Assembly: GCA_900549665.1 (NCBI GenBank)
Contig: URPH01000002.1
Coordinates: 29,947 to 93,946, forward strand
Source: an uncultured Lachnospiraceae bacterium
GTDB lineage: Bacteria > Bacillota > Clostridia > Lachnospirales > Lachnospiraceae
Direction: 5' to 3'
Length of the DNA: 64,000 nt
The translations under genes and the position numbers were made by a program. The notes under the pieces are model-generated. The model searched no databases. It was not told the DNA's origin and worked only from the letters and a program-made list of their open reading frames with translations. Within the stretch, counting starts at the first letter, position 1. Every line of letters starts with the position of its first letter. Positions 19,430 to 30,285 of this stretch are shown here, in pieces.

Positions 19430-21109
19430 TTACTTCTGTTTTGAAAGATCATCCGCATCAAATACATCACTGATCGGTGTACCGGGTGATACCATCGGAA
19501 ATACCTTATCATCCTCATGGATCACAACCTCGATCAGAGCCGGACGCTTGCACTCCATAGCCTTGGTAATGGCGGGAAGTACCTCTTCCTTCTTTTCCAC
19601 CCTGAAAGCCACACAGCCAAGAGCCTCAGCCACCTTGCAGTAATCAACCGCATCATTTAAAACAGTCTGTGAATAGCGGTGTCCGTAAAACAATGTCTGC
19701 CACTGTCTTACCATACCGAGCACCTGATTGTTGATCACAACCTCGATGATCGGAATATTGTATCTGGATGCTGTTGCCAACTCCTGCATGTTCATACGAA
19801 AGCACCCGTCACCTGCGATATTGACAACCGTCTTGTCGGGACGTCCAAGCTTGGCTCCTATGCAGGCACCAAGTCCGTATCCCATGGTTCCAAGACCGCC
19901 GGATGATAAAAATGTACGGGGTTCAGAATAATGATAAAACTGTGCTGCCCACATCTGGTGCTGTCCCACATCTGTTGTGATGATCGCCTCACCCTTGGTG
20001 GCCTTATCAAGTGCTTCGATAAAATACGGACAGGTCAGATCCTTATCATCATATTTTAAGGGATACTGTTTCTTTAAATCCAGTATATGCTCCATCCATT
20101 CCTTGTGCTCCGATTTGGACACATGTTTATTTAATTTGGAAAGGATTTCTTTCAGATCACCGATCAGGGCCGCATCTGTTTTGATGTTTTTATTGATCTC
20201 TGCCGCATCAATATCGACATGTATGATCTTGGCATTTTCAGCAAAGTGCTTGGGATTGCCGATAACACGGTCCGAAAAACGTACACCAAGTGCGATCAGA
20301 CAGTCACATTCGGATACACCCAGATTGGACGCTTTGGTGCCATGCATACCAAGCATACCGGTATAACGCGCATCATTGCCGTCAAATGCACCCTTGCCAA
20401 GCAACGAATCGCAGACCGGGGCATCAATGATCTTGGCAAGCTCACGCACCTCTTTGGAGGCACCGGAAAGGATTGCACCGCCACCTACAAAGATAAACGG
20501 TTTTTGAGCCTCATCGATCATCTTGGCCACTTCATCGATCTGATCCATGGTATATCTGCTCTTTTTTTCTTCTTTGACAGGCTCTTCTCTTGTATATTCG
20601 GTCGTATTGGCTGTCACATCCTTGGTAATATCCACAAGCACCGGACCCGGTCTGCCGCTTTTTGCAATATAAAAGGCTTTGCGGATCGTTTCAGCAAGCT
20701 TTGTCACGTCCTTTACGATAAAGCTGTGCTTGGTAATCGGCATCGTAACACCTGCAATATCCACCTCCTGGAAGGAATCCTTGCCAAGAGCCGGAAGTGT
20801 CACATTGGCGGTAATGGCAACAACCGGAATGGAATCCATATAAGCTGTCGCAATACCGGTGACCAGATTGGTCGCACCCGGTCCGCTTGTAGCCATGCAG
20901 ACACCGACCCTGCCGGTAGCTCTTGCATAGCCGTCTGCGGCATGTGCAGCACCCTGCTCATGGGATGTCAGAACGTGTCTGATCTCATTGCTGTGCTTAT
21001 ATAATGCATCATATACATTTAAAATTGTTCCGCCCGGATATCCAAACACGGTATCCACACCCTGCTCTTTTAAACATTCGATTACAATTTCTGAACCTGT
21101 CAACTGCAT
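19430..21109 (-). CDS. ilvB: Acetolactate synthase (acetohydroxy-acid synthase) large subunit
   Basis: TPP enzyme with the IlvB/ALS N-terminus MQLTGSEIVIECLKEQGVDTVFGYPGG and the TPP-binding motif GDGCFRMN...N. No small-subunit gene is adjacent. Confidence 0.85.
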   Translation of the reverse strand: MQLTGSEIVIECLKEQGVDTVFGYPGGTILNVYDALYKHSNEIRHVLTSHEQGAAHAADGYARATGRVGVCMATSGPGATNLVTGIATAYMDSIPVVAITANVTLPALGKDSFQEVDIAGVTMPITKHSFIVKDVTKLAETIRKAFYIAKSGRPGPVLVDITKDVTANTTEYTREEPVKEEKKSRYTMDQIDEVAKMIDEAQKPFIFVGGGAILSGASKEVRELAKIIDAPVCDSLLGKGAFDGNDARYTGMLGMHGTKASNLGVSECDCLIALGVRFSDRVIGNPKHFAENAKIIHVDIDAAEINKNIKTDAALIGDLKEILSKLNKHVSKSEHKEWMEHILDLKKQYPLKYDDKDLTCPYFIEALDKATKGEAIITTDVGQHQMWAAQFYHYSEPRTFLSSGGLGTMGYGLGACIGAKLGRPDKTVVNIAGDGCFRMNMQELATASRYNIPIIEVVINNQVLGMVRQWQTLFYGHRYSQTVLNDAVDYCKVAEALGCVAFRVEKKEEVLPAITKAMECKRPALIEVVIHEDDKVFPMVSPGTPISDVFDADDLSKQK

Positions 21110-21135
21110 ATCTATTCTCCCTTATCCATAATACA

Positions 21136-22818
21136 TCAAATTTTTGCTTCGTTTTTCTTAACTTCCAAAATAGCCCCGCGGTTTCCGCTTGTAACAAGCT
21201 CTTTGTATCTTGCCAGATAGCCTGTGGTAACCTTGGGCTCTCTGGGCTGCCAATTTGCTTTTCTTTCAGCCATTTCCTCGTCGGAAACCTTGACATTTAA
21301 GGTCATTTCCGGGATGTTGATGGAAATGATATCGCCTTCTTTTACAAAAGCGATCGGTCCGCCGACTGCTGCTTCCGGAGAAACATGACCGATGGAAGCA
21401 CCTCTGGATGCTCCTGAGAAACGTCCGTCAGTGATCAGGGCCACGCTGGAACCAAGTCCCATGCCTGCGATAGCTGATGTCGGATTGAGCATCTCTCTCA
21501 TACCGGGACCTCCCTTGGGACCTTCATAACGGATGACAACAACATCACCTGCAACGATCTTTCCGCCCTTGATAGCGGCGATCGCATCCTCTTCACAGTC
21601 AAATACTCTGGCAGGACCTTCGTGTACCAGCATTTCCTCTGCAACGGCAGAACGCTTTACAACACTTCCGTCGGGAGCCAAATTGCCCTTTAATACTGCA
21701 AGGCCACCGGTCTTACTGTACGGATTGTCAACCGGTCTGATAACCTCGGGATTTTTGTTGACTGCATTTTTGATATTTTCACCAACTGTTTTACCGGTTA
21801 CGGTCATACAGTCTGTATTTAATAATCCGATATCCGCAAGCTCTTTCATAACCGCGTATACACCACCGGCCTCATTTAAGTCCTCCATGTAGGTCGGGCC
21901 TGCCGGAGCCAGATGGCATAAGTTGGGTGTCTTTTCACTGATCGGATTGGCAAATGCGATATCAAAATCAAAACCGATCTCATGAGCGATTGCAGGAAGA
22001 TGCAGCATACTGTTGGTAGAGCAGCCAAGTGCCATATCAACGGTCAGCGCATTCATGATCGCATCCTTTGTCATGATGTCTCTCGGGCAGATATTTTTGC
22101 GGTACATTTCCATAACAGCCATACCTGCATGCTTTGCAAGCTTGATACGCTCAGAATATACTGCCGGGATAGTGCCGTTTCCGCCAAGTCCCATACCAAG
22201 TGCCTCTGTCAGACAGTTCATGGAATTGGCTGTATACATACCGGAGCATGAACCACAGGTTGGGCATACCTTTTCTTCAAATTCGCGTACCTCTTCTTCG
22301 GTCATTGTACCGGCTGCGTTGGCACCTACTGCCTCAAACATGGAAGAAAGACTTCTCTTCTGTCCCTTTACATGACCTGCTAACATCGGTCCGCCGGATA
22401 CAAATACGGTCGGCACGTTGATACGTGCTGCAGCCATCAAAAGTCCGGGAACGTTTTTATCACAGTTGGGAACCATGACAAGGGCATCAAACTGATGTGC
22501 CAGTGCCATACATTCAGTCGAATCGGCGATCAGATCTCTGGTAACCAGTGAATACTTCATACCGATATGTCCCATGGCAATTCCGTCACAAACTGCAATA
22601 GCCGGGAATACAACAGGCACACCGCCTGCTTCTGCAACACCAAGCTTAACGGCATTGACGATCTTATCCAGATTCATATGGCCGGGAACGATCTCATTGT
22701 ATGAGCTTACAATACCGACCATGGGCTTTTTCATTTCTTCTTCGGTAAATCCCAAAGCATTGAACAAACTTCTGTGAGGCGCCTGCGCCATTCCTGTTTT
22801 AACATTATCACTCTTCAT
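21136..22818 (-). CDS. ilvD: Dihydroxy-acid dehydratase
   Basis: IlvD/Edd family, with Cys ligands CPTCGSC and the conserved SGGPM region. Confidence 0.9.
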   Translation of the reverse strand: MKSDNVKTGMAQAPHRSLFNALGFTEEEMKKPMVGIVSSYNEIVPGHMNLDKIVNAVKLGVAEAGGVPVVFPAIAVCDGIAMGHIGMKYSLVTRDLIADSTECMALAHQFDALVMVPNCDKNVPGLLMAAARINVPTVFVSGGPMLAGHVKGQKRSLSSMFEAVGANAAGTMTEEEVREFEEKVCPTCGSCSGMYTANSMNCLTEALGMGLGGNGTIPAVYSERIKLAKHAGMAVMEMYRKNICPRDIMTKDAIMNALTVDMALGCSTNSMLHLPAIAHEIGFDFDIAFANPISEKTPNLCHLAPAGPTYMEDLNEAGGVYAVMKELADIGLLNTDCMTVTGKTVGENIKNAVNKNPEVIRPVDNPYSKTGGLAVLKGNLAPDGSVVKRSAVAEEMLVHEGPARVFDCEEDAIAAIKGGKIVAGDVVVIRYEGPKGGPGMREMLNPTSAIAGMGLGSSVALITDGRFSGASRGASIGHVSPEAAVGGPIAFVKEGDIISINIPEMTLNVKVSDEEMAERKANWQPREPKVTTGYLARYKELVTSGNRGAILEVKKNEAKI

Positions 22819-22859
22819 ATCTATGTACCTGCCTTTAACTAAAATAATAATATTCTTTT

Positions 22860-23960
22860 TTATACTCTCTCTGCAAGCAGATCACCCATCTGTCTGCATC
22901 CGACAAGCGTAAACTTATCTTTCTGTGCTTCATCCTGTGGCATAATATCGATTGTACGATAGCCTTCCTTTAAGACCTGCTTAACCGCTGCATCAATCGC
23001 ATCAGCTTCCTTGTCCAGATCAAAGGAATATCTGAGCATCATGGATGCGGAAAGAATGGTTGCGATCGGATTGGCAATATCCTTGCCTGCGATATCGGGT
23101 GCACTTCCGTGGCTCGGCTCATACAGTCCAAACTTGCTGTCGTTTAAGGAAGCGGATGCTAACATACCGATAGAACCTGTTACCATACTTGCTTCGTCCG
23201 ATAAAATATCGCCAAACATATTTTCCGTCAGGATCACATCAAACTGTGCCGGATCCTTGACAAGCTGCATTGCACAGTTGTCAACTAACATATGCTCTAC
23301 CGTCACCTCAGGATAATCCTCTGCCACTTCATTGACGATCTTTCTCCAAAGTCTGGAAGAATCCAGAACATTGGCCTTATCCACGCTGGTCACCTTTTTG
23401 CGTCTCTTCATCGCAATGTCAAAGCCCTTGATCGCAATCCTGCGGATCTCATCCTCGGAATAGGTAAGGGTATCGACAGCTACCAGCCTGCCGTCTACCT
23501 CTTCGGTCTTTCTTTCACCAAAATACAATCCGCCGGTCAGCTCACGCATGATCATCATATCAAATCCCGCAGCTGAAATCTCTTCTTTTAACGGACATGC
23601 GCTTGCGAGCTCATCATACAGTACCGCCGGTCTTAAATTGGCAAATAAATTGAGTGCCTTGCGGATCTTTAAAAGTCCTGCCTCCGGTCTTAAGTTGGGT
23701 GGAAGCTTATACCAGGGACTGGTGGTCGTATTGCCGCCAATAGAGCCCATCAAAACCGCATCTGCTGCTTTGGCAGTAGCGATTGCTTCATCGGTAAGCG
23801 GAACGCCGTGCACATCAATGGATGCTCCTCCCATCAGAATATCTGTATATAACATCTCATGACCATATTTTTTACCAACAGCATCCAGTACCTTTTTGGC
23901 TTCTGTCACAATCTCCGGTCCAATTCCGTCACCGGGAATGCATACAATATTTAATTTCAT
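22860..23960 (-). CDS. leuB: 3-isopropylmalate dehydrogenase
   Basis: Start refined to [18 protein letters not shown] (ATG at 23960, AAGAGGA RBS). The ORF-track N-terminal extension to 24098 lacks homology and an RBS. Confidence 0.85.
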   Translation of the reverse strand: MKLNIVCIPGDGIGPEIVTEAKKVLDAVGKKYGHEMLYTDILMGGASIDVHGVPLTDEAIATAKAADAVLMGSIGGNTTTSPWYKLPPNLRPEAGLLKIRKALNLFANLRPAVLYDELASACPLKEEISAAGFDMMIMRELTGGLYFGERKTEEVDGRLVAVDTLTYSEDEIRRIAIKGFDIAMKRRKKVTSVDKANVLDSSRLWRKIVNEVAEDYPEVTVEHMLVDNCAMQLVKDPAQFDVILTENMFGDILSDEASMVTGSIGMLASASLNDSKFGLYEPSHGSAPDIAGKDIANPIATILSASMMLRYSFDLDKEADAIDAAVKQVLKEGYRTIDIMPQDEAQKDKFTLVGCRQMGDLLAERV

Positions 23961-24165
23961 AATCAATCCTCTTTTCCCTAAAAAATCAGGCATTCCGTCT
24001 ATTGCAATACAGCTGTCAGGGCCATCTGCCCCACAGTATGAACAAAACGTATATGCCGTCTCTAATATCATAATAGAAACTGTCGGAAATATCAACATTT
24101 TTCATGGTAAAACTGCCTACTATAACCGGTTGGAATAATTTGTATAAACGGCGGTTATTATCAAT

Positions 24166-24202
24166 TATAAAAAAGACCAACAGCAGCTGCTGTCGGCCTT
24201 TT
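24166..24202 (-). terminator. Rho-independent terminator after yajC (end of the tgt–yajC unit)
   Basis: GC-rich palindrome gaccaacagcagctgctgtcggcc, flanked by an A-run and a T-run. Confidence 0.5.
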
Positions 24203-24225
24203 CATAGTCTGTGTCATGACAAAAA

Positions 24226-24603
24226 TTATTTGTCTTTCTTTTTATCTTTTTTATCCTCTGCGGGAGCGGGTGCGCCTGCTTTTTCAATCTGGGCAATTGC
24301 ACTTTTACTCATCGGGATACGGCAGTTTTTGTTGCTGCCAAACTCTACGATAACAGTATCATCCGTGATATCGATGATCATACCATAAAAACCGCTTGTT
24401 GTCAGGACACTGTCACCAATCTGCATATCTGCAAGCATGGCGTTGATACGTTTCTGTTCTTTTCTCTGAGAACCACCCATCAACCAAAACATAGCTACAA
24501 TTGCTACAATCCAGACAACTATATATACAACTGTATTTGTTGTGCTCATTCCTGAACTGGCTGTTAATAACATTCCCATAACCGGACCTCCTAATTTTTT
24601 CAC
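24226..24603 (-). CDS. yajC: Preprotein translocase subunit YajC
   Basis: Single TM segment followed by the YajC-like region (...QKRINAMLADMQIGDSVLTTSGFYGMIIDITDDTVIVEF...). The true start may be an internal Met. Confidence 0.7.
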   Translation of the reverse strand: MKKLGGPVMGMLLTASSGMSTTNTVVYIVVWIVAIVAMFWLMGGSQRKEQKRINAMLADMQIGDSVLTTSGFYGMIIDITDDTVIVEFGSNKNCRIPMSKSAIAQIEKAGAPAPAEDKKDKKKDK

Positions 24604-24672
24604 TAAAAAATATCATACACAAAACAGGCTTTTACTTCAAGTATTTTTGCAAATTTCATAAGGATTTAAGAA

Positions 24673-25806
24673 TTAGGCCTGTCCGTTTTTCATAGAATCG
24701 AGCTTTTCTTTTTTGTATTGCGCAAATCTGCCCTCGTCCAGTGCATCCCGGATCTCTTCCATCATGTGATTGTAAAAATACAGGTTGTGCATAACGCAGA
24801 AACGCATTCCAAGCATTTCCTTGGCCTTTAACAAATGTCTGATATAGGCTCTGCTGTATCTGCGGCAGGCCGGACACTGACAGCCCTCTTCAATCGGTCT
24901 TTCATCCAGCTCATACTTGGCATTTAACAGATTGAGCTTACCGTATGCCGTATAAACATTGGCATGTCTGCCGTTTCTGGTCGGATATACACAGTCAAAG
25001 AAATCAATTCCGCGCTCAACAGCCTCCAGAATATTTTCCGGAGTACCGACACCCATCAGATAGGTTGGTTTATTTTGGGGAAGATGCTCGACCGTCACAT
25101 CCAGAATATGGTACATCTGTTCATGAGTCTCTCCTACTGCAAGTCCGCCGATCGCATATCCGGGCAGATCAAACTCGGATATGCGCTTGGCATGTTCAAT
25201 TCGCACATCATCATAAATGGCTCCCTGGTCAATGCCAAAAAGCATCTGCTCCCTGTTAATCGTATCCTCTAATTGATTCAGACGGTGCATTTCATTTTTG
25301 CATCGTTCAAGCCATCTGGTCGTACGCTCCACGGATTTTACCACATAATCCTTATCCGCCAAAGCCGGTGCACATTCATCAAATGCCATGGCGATCGTGG
25401 AAGCCAGATTGGACTGGATCCTCATACTTTCCTCCGGTCCCATAAAGATCCTGTGTCCGTCAATGTGTGACTGGAAGGTGACACCTTCCTCCTTGATGCT
25501 GCGGAGCTTGGCAAGCGAGAAAACCTGAAATCCACCCGAATCGGTCAGGATCGGTTTATTCCAGCTCATAAACTTATGTAAACCGCCAAGCTTTTTGATC
25601 ACCTCGTCGCCGGGACGTACATGCAGATGGTAGGTATTGGATAACTCGATCTGTGTCCCCAGCTGTTCAAGATCCTCGGTTGATACTGCACCCTTAATGG
25701 CGGCAACCGTACCTACATTCATAAAAACCGGGGTCTCAACCACGCCGTGCGGTGTGTGAAAACGTCCTCTCTTGGCACGTCCTTCTGTCTTTATCAATTC
25801 ATACAT
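24673..25806 (-). CDS. tgt: Queuine tRNA-ribosyltransferase (tRNA-guanine transglycosylase)
   Basis: Start refined to MYELIKTEGRAKRGRFHTPHGVVETPVFM (AAGGAGAG RBS). Zn-site C.C..C motif CQCPACRRYSRAYIRHL. Confidence 0.9.
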   Translation of the reverse strand: MYELIKTEGRAKRGRFHTPHGVVETPVFMNVGTVAAIKGAVSTEDLEQLGTQIELSNTYHLHVRPGDEVIKKLGGLHKFMSWNKPILTDSGGFQVFSLAKLRSIKEEGVTFQSHIDGHRIFMGPEESMRIQSNLASTIAMAFDECAPALADKDYVVKSVERTTRWLERCKNEMHRLNQLEDTINREQMLFGIDQGAIYDDVRIEHAKRISEFDLPGYAIGGLAVGETHEQMYHILDVTVEHLPQNKPTYLMGVGTPENILEAVERGIDFFDCVYPTRNGRHANVYTAYGKLNLLNAKYELDERPIEEGCQCPACRRYSRAYIRHLLKAKEMLGMRFCVMHNLYFYNHMMEEIRDALDEGRFAQYKKEKLDSMKNGQA

Positions 25807-25882
25807 GCTATGTGCTCTCCTTAACTGTTTGCTCAAATTTTTATTCTCAAATCATCTTCTATGATCGTTTATTCCATCTGTA

Positions 25883-26746
25883 TCATTCCCGGATCTGCTC
25901 CTTGAATTCCTCCAGACAGATATTGTTACTGCTTATATATCTGGCTGCTTCTTTTCCAACATACCGAAAATGCCATGGCTCAAACTCAATTCCCGTAATG
26001 GTTTCCTTTCCTTTTGGATACCGCAGTATAAATCCATACTCCATACAGTGCCCGGCAAGCCACTTGCCCGCATCTGTATCCGCAAAGCCTTCATTCAGAC
26101 CGGAATAACGGTCTGATATGATATCCAGAGCCAGACCGATCTCATGCTCGGATGAACCGGGAATATTGACAGCCTGTGCCGAAAGATAATAGGAATCCAT
26201 ATAAGAATTACCACTCTTTATATAGGCTTTTACTTTTTTGTCAAATAAATACTTTTGTCTTGTGGACGGTCTGTACGGCGAGCATACCACCAGTGTAATG
26301 CCATCATCCTTTGCATCCTCTATCATCTGTTCAAGATCTGAAATGATCCTTCTGTCACATTTCATATTTCCGCGGGATGTCTTAAATGAACCAAGCTTCA
26401 ATTTATAATCATCCGGGATCGGATGCTGCTTGTTTACTAAAATCAGTCTCCAGTCATCCGTACGGAAGACTGCTTCTTCTGAGCTTTTATCCTTTGAATC
26501 CTCCGTCTTTTCATCCGCCATTGTTGTCTTTGGATCCGTTATAACCGCCTGACTGCTCATAACAGCTGCCGACAGTGAATCGTTTATGCTGTTTTCAAAA
26601 AAATGCTCCTGCACCTCTGCCCACATAACACTGCTGTTACAGATAAAAAACAAGGCCGCCGCCAACAACATAATCCACTTTTCAGGTGTATGCTTTTTAT
26701 TCTTTGACTTTTGTTTCATAGTTCCACTCGCAACACTAAATACCAT
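25883..26746 (-). CDS. D-alanyl-D-alanine carboxypeptidase, VanY/peptidase M15B family, membrane-anchored
   Basis: M15 motifs (SEHEIGLALDI ... EPWHFRYVG). The N-terminal hydrophobic segment suggests a membrane anchor or signal peptide. Confidence 0.75.
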   Translation of the reverse strand: MVFSVASGTMKQKSKNKKHTPEKWIMLLAAALFFICNSSVMWAEVQEHFFENSINDSLSAAVMSSQAVITDPKTTMADEKTEDSKDKSSEEAVFRTDDWRLILVNKQHPIPDDYKLKLGSFKTSRGNMKCDRRIISDLEQMIEDAKDDGITLVVCSPYRPSTRQKYLFDKKVKAYIKSGNSYMDSYYLSAQAVNIPGSSEHEIGLALDIISDRYSGLNEGFADTDAGKWLAGHCMEYGFILRYPKGKETITGIEFEPWHFRYVGKEAARYISSNNICLEEFKEQIRE

Positions 26747-26907
26747 TTATCCGGTTTGTTTTACATAATTTAAACGCTTACATCATCATATCATGCTTTA
26801 TATTTTTTGTCAGTCCAAAAAAACTTATATTGCGGCACAGAAAAAAAATATATATAATAATTTCGGGAGTTATCCCATTTTATGATGAAAACAAGGATGG
26901 TAAAGAT

Positions 26908-28023
26908 ATGGCCGGCTCTATTTTCGGAAAACATTTTACAATACAGACATTTGGAGAATCACATGGCGAAGCGCTCGGAGTTGTTGTGGACGGAGTTCCC
27001 GCAGGTCTTTCCTTATGTGAGGAGGATATCCAGATTTATTTAGACAGACGCAAGCCCGGCAGTTCCCAATTTGCCACCAAACGTGCGGAAAGTGACAGCG
27101 TTTCCATTCTGTCCGGCATATTCGAAGGAAAAACAACCGGTACACCGATCGCAATGCTTGTCAAAAACACTTCCCAGCGTTCCGGCGATTACAGTGAGAT
27201 TGCCTCTTATTATCGTCCCGGTCATGCTGACTATACCTTTGACCGGAAATTTGGTTTCAGGGACTACCGCGGTGGCGGCCGTTCCTCAGGAAGAGAAACG
27301 ATCGGACGTGTTGCCGGTGGTGCCGTTGCCCTCAAGATCTTAAAAGAACTCGGAATTGAGGTCTGTGCTTATACCAAGTCCATCGGCCCCGTATCCATTC
27401 AATATGATCATTTTCAAAAAGAGCTCATCACCCAGACACAGACCGGTATGCCGGATGCAGATGCAGACCGCAAGGCAAGTGATTATCTTTCAGAATGTAT
27501 GAAAGAAAGTGATTCTGCCGGCGGCGTTGTCGAATGCTATGTCAAAAATGTTCCCGCCGGTATCGGCGAACCGGTTTTTGACAAACTGGATGCCCGCCTC
27601 GCGCAGGCTATCATGTCCATCGGAGCCGTTAAGGCCTTTGAGATCGGCGACGGATTTACCTGTTCCCGGAAAAAAGGAAGTGAAAACAACGATTCCTTTA
27701 CCATTGTCGATCACAATGTGACCAAAAAGACCAATCATGCCGGTGGTATTCTCGGTGGCATCAGCGATGGAGATCCGATCGTGCTCCGTGCCCACTTCAA
27801 GCCGACACCTTCTATTTTCCAGACCCAGCAGACGGTCAATAAAAAGCAGGAAGAGATCGATATCAACATCAAGGGCAGACACGATCCCATCATTGTACCG
27901 AGAGCCGTTGTTGTCGTAGAAGCCATGACAGCCCTTACTGTTTTAGATCTGATGATGGACAATCTTTCTTCCAGAATGGATTATCTCAAAAAAATATATC
28001 AACCCGGTCATAAAGAGGAATGA
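26908..28023 (+). CDS. aroC: Chorismate synthase
   Basis: MAGSIFGKHFTIQTFGESHGEALGVVVDGVPAG N-terminus. The start ATG at 26908 is preferred over the upstream ORF-track ATG at 26830. Confidence 0.9.
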   Translation: MAGSIFGKHFTIQTFGESHGEALGVVVDGVPAGLSLCEEDIQIYLDRRKPGSSQFATKRAESDSVSILSGIFEGKTTGTPIAMLVKNTSQRSGDYSEIASYYRPGHADYTFDRKFGFRDYRGGGRSSGRETIGRVAGGAVALKILKELGIEVCAYTKSIGPVSIQYDHFQKELITQTQTGMPDADADRKASDYLSECMKESDSAGGVVECYVKNVPAGIGEPVFDKLDARLAQAIMSIGAVKAFEIGDGFTCSRKKGSENNDSFTIVDHNVTKKTNHAGGILGGISDGDPIVLRAHFKPTPSIFQTQQTVNKKQEEIDINIKGRHDPIIVPRAVVVVEAMTALTVLDLMMDNLSSRMDYLKKIYQPGHKEE

Positions 28024-28239
28024 TGGAGACTGTGATATATGTGATAAATCAACTAAAATCAATAAAAAAAGGGAGCCTTCCGAAACCGGATGACTCTCTT
28101 TTTATAATCTGTATAGTTGCAGTTGTTTATATCATTGTCCTTGAATACCAACTTTTGAGTATTGACTTTTAAATATCGACTTTTGAATATATTTCTATCG
28201 AACATTGCATTTCCAGTATCTCAGTCAAAGGTCTTAAAA

Positions 28240-29364
28240 TTATTTACTCTCTTTATCTTCCTTAGCTTCTTTACTTTCCTTAGCTTCTTTTTTCTCAGCC
28301 ACTTCCGGCTCAAGCTTGTGGAAAATAATGCAGTTAGGGCGATCAATCTCCATTTCCTTGCCATTCATGACAATCACTCCCTTTTGAATATCCACATGGA
28401 AGAAGGTCAGTGTGTTGGACTCATGATTCAGCGATACCAGATTTTTATTATCCGGGAAAAGTGCCGCATCCTTGGGATACTCGCCACTGATCGGCAGACA
28501 GAAAATCTTTTCCAGTTCACCGTTTTTGTGATCGATCTTAAAGAGTACCACACTGTTATCTCCAGCATTGGAGCTTAAAAGATATTTTTCATCTTCCGAA
28601 AAGTTCAGGGCGCTGGCTGCAGAACCGCCGGCATGGTAATCATTTAACGTCGGATATGTCGCGATCTTGGTAAATTCCGGATCTCCGTCTGAAACCTCAT
28701 GATAAGAATATACATCTATATAATTTTTGATCTCATGAACAATATATATATACCGTCCATCCTTTGTCATCTTGATATGACGCGGTGCTGATTCCTGCTC
28801 ACTGCGGATAACATCAACTAGTCTCAGCTTGCCGTTATCATGATTCAAGCTGTATACATTGGTATGATCCATCCCCAGATCAGCTGCCATCAGATACTTG
28901 TTGTCCCTGGTCATCTTGACACAACTGACATGCGGTCTGAAATTGCGCTCAGCAATGCTGCCAAGACCCTTGTGATAAATTTCGTCCGTGATTTCACCCA
29001 CTCCACCATCTTTGCCTAACCGGAGTACGGTAATCTTACCATCATGATATCCTGCAACAAACAGGAATTTATCCTCATAATCGGTTGATAAATAGCAGCC
29101 TCTCATACCATTGATCGAAGCATGGTTGATCAGCTTCAGACTGCCATCCTTTAAAATTTTAAAGGATTCAACACCGAAATCCGTGATGGAATATAAAAAT
29201 TTCTGATTGTGCGAAATCGTCAAATAGGATGAGTTGGTAATCTCAATCTGCGATTTTTTTTGAAAACGTCCTTTTTTTATATCCACATCATAAATGATAA
29301 TGCCGTGATTGTCATTCATTGTATAAGTGGAAACATAAGCTACATATCTGTCACTACCGCTCAT
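28240..29364 (-). CDS. pgl: 6-phosphogluconolactonase-like 7-bladed beta-propeller (lactonase family) with a K/E-rich C-terminal tail
   Basis: Repeated propeller-blade motifs typical of the 3-carboxymuconate cyclase/Pgl family. The tail is ...EVAEKKEAKESKEAKEDKESK. Confidence 0.7.
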   Translation of the reverse strand: MSGSDRYVAYVSTYTMNDNHGIIIYDVDIKKGRFQKKSQIEITNSSYLTISHNQKFLYSITDFGVESFKILKDGSLKLINHASINGMRGCYLSTDYEDKFLFVAGYHDGKITVLRLGKDGGVGEITDEIYHKGLGSIAERNFRPHVSCVKMTRDNKYLMAADLGMDHTNVYSLNHDNGKLRLVDVIRSEQESAPRHIKMTKDGRYIYIVHEIKNYIDVYSYHEVSDGDPEFTKIATYPTLNDYHAGGSAASALNFSEDEKYLLSSNAGDNSVVLFKIDHKNGELEKIFCLPISGEYPKDAALFPDNKNLVSLNHESNTLTFFHVDIQKGVIVMNGKEMEIDRPNCIIFHKLEPEVAEKKEAKESKEAKEDKESK

Positions 29365-29455
29365 AGTCCTCGCTCCGTTTCTTATTTTTTATCTGTTTAG
29401 CAGGCCAACGCCCACATAAAAAGTATAGCATGTATCAAAAATCTTGTTAAGCCAT

Positions 29456-29692
29456 TTATTCATCTTCCGGCATTTCCGACATTTCACAGCAACGACTCTG
29501 TCCATCTCCATCCCTCTGGAACGGAACCGCCTGCACCTGATTAGGGCAATATTCTTTTTTGCCTCCACAATCACTTTGTTTTTTTTCGCAATTTTTGCTG
29601 CCCTGAACACATCCACAGCCGGGCTGTTTATTACAGCCATCAGACTGGCCAAAGCCGGCCAGCAGAAATAAAATCAACCAGATATTATTCAT
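29456..29692 (-). CDS. Small secreted cysteine-rich protein (78 aa): signal peptide plus a 9-Cys mature region
   Basis: MNNIWLILFLLAGFGQS signal-like N-terminus. AAAGGAGAG RBS 8 nt upstream. Mature part GCNKQPGCGCVQGSKNCEKKQSDCGGKKEYCPNQ...RCC. Confidence 0.45.
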   Translation of the reverse strand: MNNIWLILFLLAGFGQSDGCNKQPGCGCVQGSKNCEKKQSDCGGKKEYCPNQVQAVPFQRDGDGQSRCCEMSEMPEDE

Positions 29693-29752
29693 ATTTTCAC
29701 TCTCCTTTATATTTGTAGCCTATGCAGATATAAAGAAAATGTGATCAAATGA

Positions 29753-30283
29753 TTATTTGTTGAGCACAACATGCTTTACAAACCAGAAAGTATTTTTCTC
29801 TCCTTCCGTGGAAAGCATCTTTAGTAAAATATAAATCTGTTTCTTGGTCTTTGGATGCATGGCGCAGTCAATTCCCTTTTGAAAATATTCCAAGGGGGCC
29901 GAATCGGTGTATTGATCCTTGAGATATACCTTGGATGCCGCGATCCTGTCCATCATCATCTCAACAACGTACCGGACCGGCATCGGTGCCGGCGCCATCC
30001 CGCCCTTGATTTCATGGGCACTATAATCGATCCAGTATTCAAAATGATGCTTGTTTCTTCCCTTGTGATGCAGCCATGCAGAGGAATATCCGATAGCCTC
30101 GCGTTCTGCATTGTTGGGGCTGCGGTCTCCCTGATAATATCTGGCTCCAACCATAAATTCCGTTGGAGAAAACTTGGAAAGATCATGCCAGATTCCCTGC
30201 CAGTAAAGCCCTACCTTAAAGCACCCCTGCATGACCAGATATTTATGATAACAGATTGTCTTGAAATGTTTCCATGTCTTCAT
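29753..30283 (-). CDS. Conserved hypothetical protein (176 aa), His-rich and possibly metal-binding
   Basis: Intact ORF with no strong homology I can name with confidence. Motifs include WHDLSKF and HHKGRNKHHFEYW. Confidence 0.5.
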   Translation of the reverse strand: MKTWKHFKTICYHKYLVMQGCFKVGLYWQGIWHDLSKFSPTEFMVGARYYQGDRSPNNAEREAIGYSSAWLHHKGRNKHHFEYWIDYSAHEIKGGMAPAPMPVRYVVEMMMDRIAASKVYLKDQYTDSAPLEYFQKGIDCAMHPKTKKQIYILLKMLSTEGEKNTFWFVKHVVLNK

Positions 30284-30285
30284 GT

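Noticed and set aside
22860-24098. ORF-track N-terminal extension of leuB ([23 protein letters not shown]...)
   Set aside because: The extension has no homology. The canonical LeuB N-terminus [16 protein letters not shown] begins at 23960 with an AAGAGGA RBS. The same logic was applied to trim DUF1015 (6222), tgt (25806), aroC (26908), the hydrogenase (37458), cotJA (38549) and deoB (58686).
23961-24165. T-box riboswitch upstream of leuB
   Set aside because: I could not find the conserved T-box core sequence on either strand by eye. It is reported only as a finding to be checked with a covariance model, not as a feature.
29389-29652. 87-aa highly basic ORF overlapping the Cys-rich peptide gene in another frame on the same strand
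   Set aside because: It lacks the strong RBS and the signal peptide that support the 29456-29692 frame. Only one of the two can plausibly be real, and the Cys-rich frame is better supported.
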